DNA of 54,294 nt, counting the filler, from Sphacelaria rigidula (lineage: Eukaryota), in the NCBI GenBank assembly GCA_964200075.2. It is 5 parts of 5 records of this genome, joined end to end, with 100 filler letters (N's around TTAATTAATTAA, not from the genome) between each part and the next. Parts side by side here need not be neighbours in the genome. Positions count along the whole stretch, not along the records: positions 1 to 10,780 come from CAXNAA020005925.1; 4 more parts are not named here. The stretch is one strand, 5' to 3'. The position numbers were made by a program, and so were the translations under genes. Under the pieces are notes generated by a model, which was given only the letters and a program-made list of their open reading frames with translations, was not told where the DNA came from and made no database searches. The stretch's first letter is position 1; the number at the start of each line of letters is the position of its first letter. Positions 1 through 10,880 of this stretch are shown here, in pieces.

Positions 1-445
1 CACACTTTGTACCAGCTTCTATCCTTCAAGATCTCAAGAAGTCTACGTAGCGCTTGGTGCTCCTTCTCGTAGGTCATGTGGTCGGTCATCGGTAAGGTGT
101 TTGTTTCATGACTGCAGTAGGTCTTGACGTTCATGTCATATGTTGCCCACCCCTTCTCTTTATTAGGCGCCTTATGCACCTAGTGTCGGAAATTTCAGGA
201 AAATGGCTGATCAGACTTCCACCGCCTACTGGAAACTGGTAAGGTTTTACGGGTATCTCACCACGAGACCCCAACTACCATGTCAATTTGACATGGAGGG
301 GATGATGACCCTACCCTACCCGTACTTGTTCCCGTACTTGTTATGTATTCTGTACTCTCAGTTTTGCAAGTAAGATGGTCAACCTTCACGCCATTACTCA
401 CGTGTCTAGGTTTTGGCTTTATTCCTGACTTGACTTTGTTATGAT

Positions 446-1341
446 TAGAGATGTGCTCCGTTTGAATTTCCCAAACGGAGCGGATTCTGGATTGCCGGCA
501 GCCTCATCCGGATCGATCCGCAGATTGAAAAAAGTGGCGGATATCCGAATACCCGGCTGTCCAATTTGCCGACGGATTTCGAGGAAAACGAACGATGGAT
601 ACTCCTCAACTATCCCCACATGCATGTTGCACATGTCTGAAAGGGGTAGTCGAGCCTTGGATCACGTATCAAGAGTCAGGTGCACAAATTAAATGAAGAA
701 GTGAAAATTGTTGTCGTCATTATCCACTCATTGTGCCAGCGATATGCAAGAATGAACGCCTTTTCCATGGCGAACCGAAAAATCAAATCCGAGCACGACA
801 TCCAACTTTTAAACTTTCGCAAGGCCACTAAAGACCACAGCACGCGTGTGATGTGCTTCATAGCCAGTCGCATCGGCTGCTCCATCTCTTCCAGGGAGGA
901 CACAATTTACGATCTCAAGACGACCTCCTGGTGGCAACGACTCTATCGGACCCTTTTCAATTGGGTGCCGATCGAGTGAACTTCTCGACCGCCTCCCAAG
1001 GACCCTTTAGAAACATCGGCGTCTCAAGGCGTTTGATTCTTCGTTGCGTCATAATAAGCCCACTCTTGCGAAAAAAACTCGCTCTGAGGGACCTGACGAC
1101 GCCGGAACAGTCAGGGCGTTCCGAGCGACATGCGCAATGAGCAGTAGGTGCTTATGCGCATTCAGCGCCCACCACTTGAGCGGGTTCTCGTTCATGGCCA
1201 GACCATGTTCCATCGCAATGTCCAAAATACCGATAAAATAAAATAATAAAATCCGCGGATTTTTTTTATCAAACGGAGCATATTAGGATTGGGGTCGAAC
1301 GGAGCGGATATCCGGAGTGGACCGAGCGAAGCACATTTCTA
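446..1341 (-). mobile_element. Non-autonomous (internally deleted) hAT DNA transposon, 896 bp
   Basis: Left end TAGAGATGTGCTCCG (446-460) is the inverted repeat of right end CGAAGCACATTTCTA (1327-1341; 13/15 match). Perfect 8-bp TSD GTTATGAT at 438-445 and 1342-1349. CGGA/ATCCG-rich subterminal motifs at both ends and an internal transposase fragment. Confidence 0.93.
1010..1225 (-). pseudogene. hAT transposase C-terminal dimerisation domain remnant
   Basis: Manual minus-strand translation gives ...NENPLKWWALNAHKHLLLIAHVARNALTVPASSGPSERVF, then after a frameshift in the A7 run near 1075, KSGLIMTQRRIKRLETD. This matches the hAT dimerisation consensus (PL.WW...LA..A...L..PASS..SER.FS..G.I.T.RR.RL). 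Confidence 0.88.
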
Positions 1342-1384
1342 GTTATGATATGAAGGGAAGAATCTCGGTTGTTTTCCGTCTTGA

Positions 1385-1945
1385 TATTGGTTAGTAAATG
1401 TGTTTTTTCTCGCTATTCTACGTCCATATCCATGCTGCGTTATGGTAAGTTGAAGAAAGGTAGGGTTGACTTCTTCATCTCACGTCTATATCCGTGCTGT
1501 ATCATGGTAGGTTGGAGAAGAAGCAGGGTTACCTTCTCTATTTCATGTCTATGTCCGGGCTGTTTTAGTAGGTTGAAGAAAAAGCAGGATTAACTTCTAT
1601 ATTTCATGTCTATGTCCAGGCTGTTATGGTAGGTTATACAAAAAGGAGGATCAGCTTCTTTATTTCATGTCTATGTCCGGGCTGTTATGGTAGGGTAAGG
1701 AAACAGCAGGGCTAGCTTCTCTTATTCATGTCTATGTCCGTGCTGTGTTATGGTAGGTTATAGAAAGGGGATGCTTGGCTTCGTCATCCCATGTCTATGT
1801 CCGTACTGTGTTATGGCCGGTAAAAGAAAAGGGACGGTTAGCTTCTCTATTTCACGTCTATGTCCGTGCTGTGTTATGGTAGGTTATAAAAAGGGATGGT
1901 TAGCTTCTCTATTTCATGTCTATATCTGGGCTGCGTTATGGTAGC
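1385..1945. repeat. Minisatellite, about 9 copies of a ~60-63 bp unit
   Basis: TATGGTAGGTT..AAAA..GG..TTAGCTTCTCTATTTCATGTCTATGTCCG(T/G)GCTG recurs at about 1441, 1503, 1565, 1625, 1686, 1749, 1812, 1875 and 1937. Confidence 0.92.
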
Positions 1946-2274
1946 TGAGAAAACGGAGAAAACAAAAAAAACAGGAAAAGGAAAAAATATAGAGAAAGAG
2001 GAAAAGGAAGGAGAAAAAGACGAAGAAGGAAGGGAGAACACACACACAAAATAAGGAAAGCAAGGAGCGAAAAATAAAGCAAAATAAAAACAAAATAGAA
2101 TGCCAGCTTTGTCATATCATGTTTATATCCATCTCGTGTGTTTCTGGGGAGAAACAAAATTGGTTATTTAGGTTTTTGTACGTCTACTGTGTCTGTCGCT
2201 CCGTGACCTTTTTTTGTCTGATGACAGTTTTTTGTCTAGGTACGGCAACAGTCTGTACATTTTATATCTAGATC

Positions 2275-2355
2275 CTAGTGGCTTGCTTTACTGCGCCGTT
2301 GCCACTCGACGCCAACCCAAGAGTCTAGAGGTCAGGGGGGTGGGGGGGGGGGGAC
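2275..2355 (-). repeat. Fragment of a dispersed repeat, homologous in reverse orientation to 32110-32230
   Basis: AGTGGCTTGCTTTACTGCGCCGTTGCCACTCGACGCCAACC aligns with the reverse complement of 32186-32227 (AGTGGTGCGTTTTATGGCGTCGTTGCCAACCGACGCCAACC). Both copies lie next to a G/C homopolymer. Confidence 0.65.
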
Positions 2356-3710
2356 TTCACGTGTCTTTCCCGCTCACTGCGGGTCTACTGGGAATGGTAC
2401 GATATTTCACCCACCCTCTGTCCTTGCACGACTCTCAGGAATATGAACCTGATGTACAGAAGACGGAATACAGTACATATTACTCAGAAAATCTAGCGTT
2501 GGACTTTTTTCTAGCATATTTTTTTGAGAAGTACGAAAACTTTGCGAAAAGAGGTCGAAAAAGTCTGACACAATGTTCCAATAATAATAATGAACCTAAG
2601 TGATAGGGCCAGACACTTATAGTTCATACCGTATAGATGGTCGCGTGAGCATATCGTTTTAGGTGTCCGGGCAAAGATGGCCATCTGATGATGTTGGTCC
2701 AATGATGACCCTGTGGGCAGACTGTCACTTTTTCTGCTGTTCAGCGTCCGGTTCAAATGTTCGTGTGATTCTCGTAACCGCTTCAAAGATAGTCATGTTG
2801 CAGCTTCCCTTGCACGTGAAAATCCGTGGGTATTTGCTACCATAAGAGCAGCAGAGTTAGTATTGCATGGGCTTCATGAGTGAGTGTGTTCCTCGCTGGC
2901 ATTCTAAAGTTTGGGGTACATTGACGGACACAGCAAAACTACTCAGGATCATTCAAGAAGCATGTGTCCGGGTGAAATGACAGGCGACAAACACTTACAC
3001 CTCATCAACGAGGCGTCTACTCCTACGCACTAGCCCACGGTGCTTCCTGCATAGCCCCGGCACTGATTTCACCTGTATAAAATATTAGCATATACTTTAT
3101 AGGGGGCACTAAATGAATGAAATGTGCTGCCTTCCATAAATTTTGCCGCGACTCTTGGCCCACCCCATGCTATATATAGTACCACCTACTGCAGTATCGC
3201 CATAGAGTGATCAGATGAGCTAAGGAACAGGCGAGGAACAACTTACTAAACCCCCTTAGACAGCCCTTTCGCAGGTTACCTGGTAGCTCTGGTCTAGACC
3301 GTATATTGCCTTTTGTTCAACAAAGGTTAATACATGTGTAGGCATGAGTCACTGGCACAAGCATGGAAACGCAAACAGCGCATTATTGGCAAGGTCTGCT
3401 CGATCCATGGCGGAATGTGATAATCTAAGCCCCCGTCGCTGCTCACTTCCTTCAAGGCAAGTAGCTACAGGGTATCATGATTGTACTTTTACCTGGTAAC
3501 CATGCTAGATTCAGTTCGTTGCTTCGATCTACTGGCATGAAGTAGACCGTCTATAGTCATTTGACGGTTTCTTACACCGAGGGTAACCGTGTCCGCATAC
3601 CATTGTGTACCGCACCTATAGTGGGCTCTACAAGAGAGTTGTCTTCCGCGCACGAACCGTCATCACCGACAGCGCCGTTGCAACTTACGTGCTTCCGATA
3701 AACGCTGCAG

Positions 3711-6700
3711 GAGAGCACTGCGCACCAAGAAGAGATGTGCAGGTTTGTACTAGACAAACTGCGATCTCGGCGAGAGACAGAGGCAAGGGCAAAAGAAAGG
3801 AGAGGGATCGAGTATGATCGAAGGTAACCTGGATTTTTGTCGGTAATTCGCGTACGGTAGGTGTCGCGGCGTTGTCGCAGTGATCACGAAACAACATGCG
3901 AAAACGAATCTAGGAGCTAATGTTTCTTAACAAGTGGTATTTTAGTAAATCACCACGGCGGAACGCTAGTTGAAGAGGTATTTGGAATGCAACGCTCGCG
4001 GCGTTCGGACGTAGTGCGAGCGCAGTCCTAGCCAATGGAAACTTGCACACATGCTACGAGTGAAGCGCAGCCATGAACTTGGATCTAAAGCGTAGCTCTA
4101 GCCTACGACTACTGCCAGCACGCACACACTTCACTGGGCATCCGTGCGCCAAAAATTCCATGATGACATGAGTGCCTTTTGGACTGGTTCGATGATACTG
4201 GCGCCTATGAAATTGTGCTAAGCACGAGTTCAAGGTCTTGCATTGGATGCATCATGTTCAGTTACGCGATTCCGCAAGAGTCTCGAATCTCGGGGAAACA
4301 CCCTCGTCAAGTGGCGGGCACTGTATCAATCGCACGGGTTGATGCTCGTCGGGGCGTGTTTCCGATGGAGAGCGCGGGGTGCGCGAGCCCCCTGAAGGTA
4401 AGAAATCCCTTGACATCATTTTCCTGTTACCTCTCAGCCCCACGGGAGATGCATGTATCATCGGCCAACACGCACTTACTGTTGTAACCGCTGCCCGATC
4501 GAAATCTCCGTACGGCTATTGATGTTCTCTGTCCGTGGCACACGACACGGGACGTGACACACAGACGATAATTCCTATTATTTCGGTCAGTTTTCACTGT
4601 TCTTCGCGGCTTAGGGGATGTCCACGAACTTCCCGTGCAAAGTAACCTCAATCTTCCCCTGAACCAACCCTTGACCCCCCCCACACATCTACGCATACGT
4701 GCCTCTAGGTGCGCATTTGCATCGGGGGTAAATGAGATGCGCACATCAAGCGAAAAGATGGTCGAGTCCAACCGCTTGAATTTTCTCGCTTCAATCGTCC
4801 AGGATCTCCCTGCAGCTGACCGATGGTTTCGAAAACGACGCCAACGGGCTGCAGCCGACACCACGGCGACCCGTTTTGTGACAGTCACTGAAGCTCCTGT
4901 TGGAGCAACGACAAACCCCAACGCAGCAAAGTACACTGCCGAGCGAAGTCGGCATCTGCAGCAAACGTCGCCGAAGGGCTTGATCACATCGAGCAAGTAT
5001 GTTAGAACAGAGATTCCACCGAAGCAAGCGAATCACGACGGCCTTTTATAGTCACTAACGCCGCCTGTCGAGCGCCCACGTTGCAGTTCCTTTTCCGTGG
5101 AGTCGAGCAGCGCGCACCAAACCGCTACTCCTCGCGATCGGATATGCCCCAAAACCTCGAGTTCCCTGGACCGGAGCTTACAGCCAAGAAATCAGCAGAC
5201 GACACCTGCGACACTTGCAGGTGGCACAGCGGGCGGGTTGGCGCTATCCAGTGGACATTTACCGTTACCTCCGCTCGTTTGCCGGTACGGATCAGGGGTG
5301 ATAGATTCCTGGATGCGGGTCCCCGTTACTTTGCGACTCGGCAGGCCGCGGCCGGAAAGCGCCAAAATATTGGGTCTTGATTGCGAGACATTTTTCGAGT
5401 ATTCGGAGGGGATGATACGTAATGTAGCAGCAACTCACGAGAATGAAACTGGCAGAGAGGATGGCGAATCAGCTGCCCAAGGCGTTGTAAAGATAGACGC
5501 GGCGGTGGACAGGCAACCGTTGCAACATACGAGGGCCGGCGAAAGGCTCATGAACGTGTCGAAAGTGACAGAAACGGGGAGCGAGATGCGCACGGCTTCA
5601 TCGAGAGGAGGGCTGAGCTTCTCGGAAGGGGAGGATGCTGAAGGATCTGTGCTGCCGCCAGGCAACGCGAGAATAGAAAGAACTGCGCACCGTGAAGCCG
5701 CCATCGCATGTATCGCTACCCATCGCAACATATCGACGTCAACGACGGGTCACCTATTCTCAACCACTCGCTCTCGCAAAGCCTCAGGGTGCAAAATCGG
5801 AGCGCTGCCAACGCTGTTTCCCCTCACTTCGGCCGTGACAGGCAACGTAACTAGAATCGGCGAGGATCAGGGAAGCATGGACAGCGCCGACATATCAACT
5901 AGCAGACGTCCTTATTTCAAGAACCACGATAACCCATCCTTCCGCGAACGGACGGAAGCTGCTCTCATCGCCGAGCTAGAGTTCCGATCCAGCGAAGCCT
6001 GGAAGGTAGGTTGTATTTCTCACCATTAATGTCCCGAACGTTGAAGAGGGAATGTTGTTGCTTCTCTCGAGAAGATCTTAACGGGTATTTTCCCGAGACC
6101 ATTTTCTGCAGCGATGATCTCGACTGATCCATTTATGCATGCCCCCTGTTTAGCTCAGATTTCCTGTGTCGCAAACAGTTACGATATTCGGGTCCATGTA
6201 CAATGGTACGCACAGTTCCGGAGTCATCCTACGATAGGGGGGGGTATTTGGTTGCACGAAAAAAGAGGCTCATAGGTGTGTCAGACGACCGGCCACACTT
6301 GCGTTGCGCTTGTATTTGATTTCACACGGTGTCTGGCAGTATGGATGAGCGTTATTAATCCACAACAAGCTCGTTCGAATAACCGTTGCTGCTTTCAACG
6401 ACGATTTGACTCGAAATTTCGTGCAAGAAGTGGCCCAAAATACCCCCCCCCCCCTATCGTAGGATGACTCTCCGGGGAGAGGCAGGAGGGCGGAATCACG
6501 TTCGCGCAGTGATCACTCTACTGACCGTTGGCAACGGACTTTACTCTCCACACCGCTGTCCACCATGATGATGAGTGTCTTGAGCAACTCTATGGATGCA
6601 GGTGTGTAATACCTCTACTTCCCCACCGTCTTTCTCCCGTACCTTCTTTGAACTGTCATCAGATATTCAAGCAGACGCACCGGTTGCTTGAGTCCATGCG

Positions 6701-7334
6701 CACACCGGCCAAGACCGCACTCGCCAGCTATTTCATCAACAGCATTGCCCTCCCCACCGTGGGTCATGCGAACACGAACACTGCCCTGCGTCATCATAAC
6801 GTGCTGAACGGAACCAGATCACTTGTTGGCAGCAACGTCGATCGCATCGCCCCGAATACCGTCCACAAGATTGATTGGGCAAGTCTTTTGACCAAGACAA
6901 ATATGTGGAGAGAGTCAAAGAAGGCAGGGGATCGGGTAGAGAGGCTTGCTGAGGTGTTCCGTTGTGTTGCTCCTTCTCCCACAGTGCGAATCGAATGCGA
7001 AATCGCTCTCCATGAGATGGACACACAGGGGCAGGATGGCGATAACGGCTGTGGACGAGGCCTCGTAGGCGAAGAACAGGCGGCGGACGTGGTGGTGGGG
7101 GCTGCGGAAAAGTTTGTTCTCGCGTGGGAGGTAAGCGATAACGCAACTTCAAGGAAGGCGCCAGTGATGGGGGAATCCACCCTGACCCCCCCCCCCCCCG
7201 TAGAAGCGCAATCCTACAAAAGATCATGGCCAATGTCTCAGCTAAAACCCTATTGGTTTTCCCAGGCTGCCGCTGCCTGCAGAGACGTCTACATCGTAGA
7301 GACTGCCGTTGACTGTCTCGGACATAGCGTCTAA
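3711..7334 (+). CDS. Multi-exon gene, hypothetical protein, 5' end not identified. Exons about 3711-3823, 4262-4397, 4803-4996 (or 4709-4996 skipping 4262-4397), 5087-6005, 6663-7130, 7266-7334
   Basis: GT-AG introns with mutually compatible phases. Donors: AG|GTAACC 3824, AAG|GTAAGA 4398, AA|GTATGT 4997, AAG|GTAGGT 6006, GAG|GTAAGC 7131. Acceptors: TGCAG 3710, TTCAG 4261, TCCAG 4802, TGCAG 5086 (branch CACTAAC 5053), ATCAG 6662, CCCAG 7265. Spliced reads: ESTAHQEEMCRFVLDKLRSRRE.., ..AELEFRSSEAWK|IFKQTHRLLESMR.., ..KFVLAWE|AAAACRDVYIVETAVDCLGHSV*. No family recognised. Confidence 0.6.
6221..6470. mobile_element. MITE with GAG..CTC termini and 4-bp TSD (Sola-like), intronic
   Basis: TIR GAGTCATCCTACGATAGGGGGGGG-TATTT from 6221 versus AAATA-CCCCCCCCCCCC-TATCGTAGGATGACTC ending 6470. 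TCCG duplicated at 6217-6220 and 6471-6474. Confidence 0.85.
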
Positions 7335-8429
7335 AACATATTCGCGCTGAGCATTGAATGGTTACTGCCTAACAATATTGAAATTCTAGAAGATTACACG
7401 CTCACTCAGGTGCGATAATCAATTAAATATATCGACCGCTCACATGCATACGGAGTTCTCCGAAAAATGGTCCGATCAGCCATCGCGTATTCAAAACTAT
7501 TGAGTGACCCTTAGGGTGAATCAAAGCAGTTGCACCGTAACCATGTGGGGATCTTGATGTTCAACTCAAATATTCACCGACTGAGCATTCCTCGAAGGTC
7601 CGCACGACGCACGAGAATCATTGTTCACATGACCTGTTTGCACTTCCCTACGTTCTTCGCCTCCAAAATTTCCCCATCATAGTTTCTCGGCGACGCAATT
7701 TTGGCCGGACGCGGGCTTACTGCTCATCGGAAACTGACAGGCCGGGCGGAAAGCGCCGACTCTGTCGCGACGAAGTCAGAAAGGGCCGCGTGCGAACTGC
7801 TGTCGACTGGGTTGATGCGAGCATTACATTTTACACGGTGTTACAGTCCCCCAGGCCCGCGGCAAGTGTTCATGGAGGTGTGTTGTCTATACGATGAAAA
7901 AATGTGTTCAAATATTGTGGGGGTATATTGAGCTCGTAGTGCAAGTGTGAAAGGGAGGCCATCGACACACGTTCAACTGTTGCTTTAGCTGTAGACCCCG
8001 AAGATACGGACTGAGAAACGAGGACACGTACCAGCCGTGTCCATGCAATTCCGAGCTTCATTCCCTGATTTGTTGACATACGTTAAGTAGGATGAAAGAA
8101 GTGGTGAAGAGAGCCGAAAATTCCCTGCGCGAATACTTCCTAGCGCGTCGGTAAGATTCGATGGACATGAATCCGCGTTCCCGGACCCAACTGCGTTCCC
8201 AGAAACATTTGTGTTGGCATGAACACACCGAAGATCGTTCAGTCACCCAGGATGCGCTGACGTCGAACTCCTCGGAAGATACCTCCAGTCGATGCTTTCA
8301 TCCGGAGTTGAGTGGCCAGAGTTCTTTTTGGAGTAGGCATTTGCGACGTGTACACTATGTTCCAGATCTTCATAGGATTTGACCTTCAACGCTGTCGAAC
8401 CATCTCGGAACATGTATAAGTTTTTCGAG

Positions 8430-8636
8430 AAAGCTCGGGGCCTCAAAATCGAAAGGGCAAGAAGCACATTCAGTTACACTGTTGTTGTGCGCATTATACT
8501 GCATTCGTCCACTTCGTTTTGTTTGATTTTCCCATACCTCATTATAGGTAGCTAGCCTGTGACCACGGAAGGCGTCCGCATCAGATTCCCGGTACGCCTG
8601 TATCGCGTAGATATCAGAACGGCTTTTAATGTGGAG

Positions 8637-8673
<37 letters not shown>
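8430..8673 (+). repeat. Probable 3' end of a non-LTR retroelement or SINE ending in a (CAA)12 tail
   Basis: Perfect (CAA)12 at 8638-8673 is seen directly. It is preceded by a T-rich stretch and a GACCACG motif also present before the tail of the 14957-15151 element. The retroelement assignment is inference. Confidence 0.5.
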
Positions 8674-10780
8674 GCCAAACCTGCACCCACCCCTGTTGCG
8701 GTTGTGTTGCGGTAGTGGCTGGGCGATCTTTTGGAGAAAGTTCGCGCCCACGTCCATCAGGGGTGCTCGAATCTGCCGCGTAAGTACGGTCTCACCGCTA
8801 GTCTCGAGTGGTTTCAACAGGTGGATGCGTTTGAGCGTAGCGGAAACCGCGCTCCCGCTATAACTACGGCCGTAGGATCTGTTGGTATAAACTCTTCGTC
8901 TCATTTAGAACTGCGGGGCCTGTCCTCTGTGCTGGTTGGTGTCACCGCCCTGTGTGTTCATTTCTTTCAAAGGTGACCAACGACCGATTTTTCGACCTGT
9001 CTCGGTGAGAGGGAAACGGGGAAAGGTCGGGCGATTCTTCCGGGGGGTCCGACGCGCATACGAATCCACGGCACCAACTCATTGTTCGCGGGATAGATCT
9101 CGATGATCAAGATTCTCAGAGACGGGAGCCAGCTTGGTCGTGCCACTGATGACCGGTTGAGATACAGTCGATGGACATCTAATCTGCGGCTATCTGCTTC
9201 ATGCCAACGCACAGTGGGGCGGGATAGGTTCAGAAGTTCGCACGGCTAGAAGACTAAGTATACCAAGAGCAACAGCGCTTGTCTGTGCACAACTGCGGTC
9301 GAGAACGAGAAGTCAGGAGGGCCGGAGAGAATCAGCAGCACGGTTTAGTATATTCGAAAGGATAGTCCCAACCGTGGGCTGGTATGCAGACGCCGCGCCG
9401 TACGAGAAGATCGCAACACGCATGCAACCAAGAACAATGTGCGTGGTATAAAACTCGCGGTGGCTGTGTGCAACCTACTTCCCGTCTCTCCTGCCATTGT
9501 ACGGGTACTACTTGCGGCAGCAATTGTCACAACCGCATACTCTCACTTCATAGCCCTACCCGTGTTACACCGGAATTGGTTCTCACTTCATTTTCCTTAG
9601 ATAAATCACGACCCTAGTATGATCAATGCTATGGTACCTAGAAGTCCAGTCCCGCATCATTAGCGACGGTACAGGCAAGACATGGCCACACCAGCATGTG
9701 ATGAACGGTATGTAAACTAAGCTACGGTACTGAGAAGCTCAGTCCTACTGTACAGGAAAGCAAAGACGACGGAGGTTTTGCTGCACACCTTAATCGATAA
9801 CGACACCGCAAAGAGTTTTAAACCCCATGGGCATAGGATCAAAGGGGGGTAGGCTAAAACCGTCACGATTGGTCCTCGAGAACAAATCAGATATATGTGA
9901 TCATGAATGTCGAGAGGATCTCGTCAACGGCGCCCTCTCTGCGGCCAAAAGTTCACCAGCCGCAACAAGTAGGATCTGAGATCGCTAACTACATCTCCAC
10001 TCCTGCCTCTGCCTATTTCCACTCGTATAGTTACCACTTGGAGTTGCGTTGGGGTCTTATTGGGAGGTTGCATGCGGGAAACATCGCCGACAAAGCAAAC
10101 TGGTCTCAGCATGTGAAATGCTCCAGGTGGGCACCCGCGTCGCTGATGGTCCATCTGGGATGCCTCAAGTTTAGATAAATACCCTGAAACGAATGCTACC
10201 AACGTCCCACACGCATGAGCGTCCGGAAGGTTCTAAATGAATCTATACCCTAGGTAGACGCCCAAGGTGAATATCCCAGATGAACATCCCAGATGGGCAT
10301 GCCGAGTCCAAACCCATATCGTAGTTTGGGACTCACCCCCCAAATAAGCATAGATATCGTAGATGGATATCCATATCCCGTACGTCATCCCCGAAAAACA
10401 CAACGCCTCCGCTAGGTTCTCACCTGGTTTTCTCGTGCGATTGAAGATGGGGAATCTGAAAACAAGAACAGCGAATTGAATCCTCAGCGGGGGTTCCACC
10501 GATGGCGCTTTGTACGGCATATTATCACTCAAAGCTACACAGCAATTTATGTCCACTATTCGGGTTGTATTCTTTCGAGCACTCTGCTGGGATGATCGGC
10601 TTTGGTACATCTTGCGCCACCACGACACTTTCTACGATAGCCCCCCCCCCTCAAATCAGCCCGAAAGTGTCACGAATAAATGGCCATGCAGCGCCTGACG
10701 TTTGGGTTCAGGCTGCATGAAGCGCCTCATATTGGCAACATTGGCGAGAACGAACCCAAGCGTGGGAATTCCCTGCTGCT

Positions 10781-10880
10781 NNNNNNNNNNNNNNNNNNNN
10801 NNNNNNNNNNNNNNNNNNNNNNNNTTAATTAATTAANNNNNNNNNNNNNNNNNNNNNNNNNNNNNNNNNNNNNNNNNNNN
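10781..10880. other. Artificial contig linker N44-TTAATTAATTAA-N44
   Basis: Exactly 100 bp with a central spacer carrying stop codons in all six frames; identical structure at all four gaps. Confidence 0.99.

Noticed and set aside
1385..1945. Regularly spaced repeats resembling a CRISPR array
   Set aside because: Whole units are homologous with no unique spacers, the context is eukaryotic and there are no cas genes.
5049..5051. In-frame TAG between same-frame ORFs 4635-5051 and 5097-6029, suggesting readthrough, recoding or a pseudogene
   Set aside because: It lies inside a canonical 90-bp intron (GTATGT at 4997, CACTAAC branch point, TGCAG at 5086) whose removal preserves the frame.
7870..8079. 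Minus-strand ORF with a globin-like HLHYELNIPPQY stretch
   Set aside because: The resemblance is short, with no supporting exon structure or other globin features.
10825..10836. Recurring TTAATTAATTAA palindrome at regular ~10.9-kb spacing
   Set aside because: It is an assembly linker embedded in Ns, not biological sequence.
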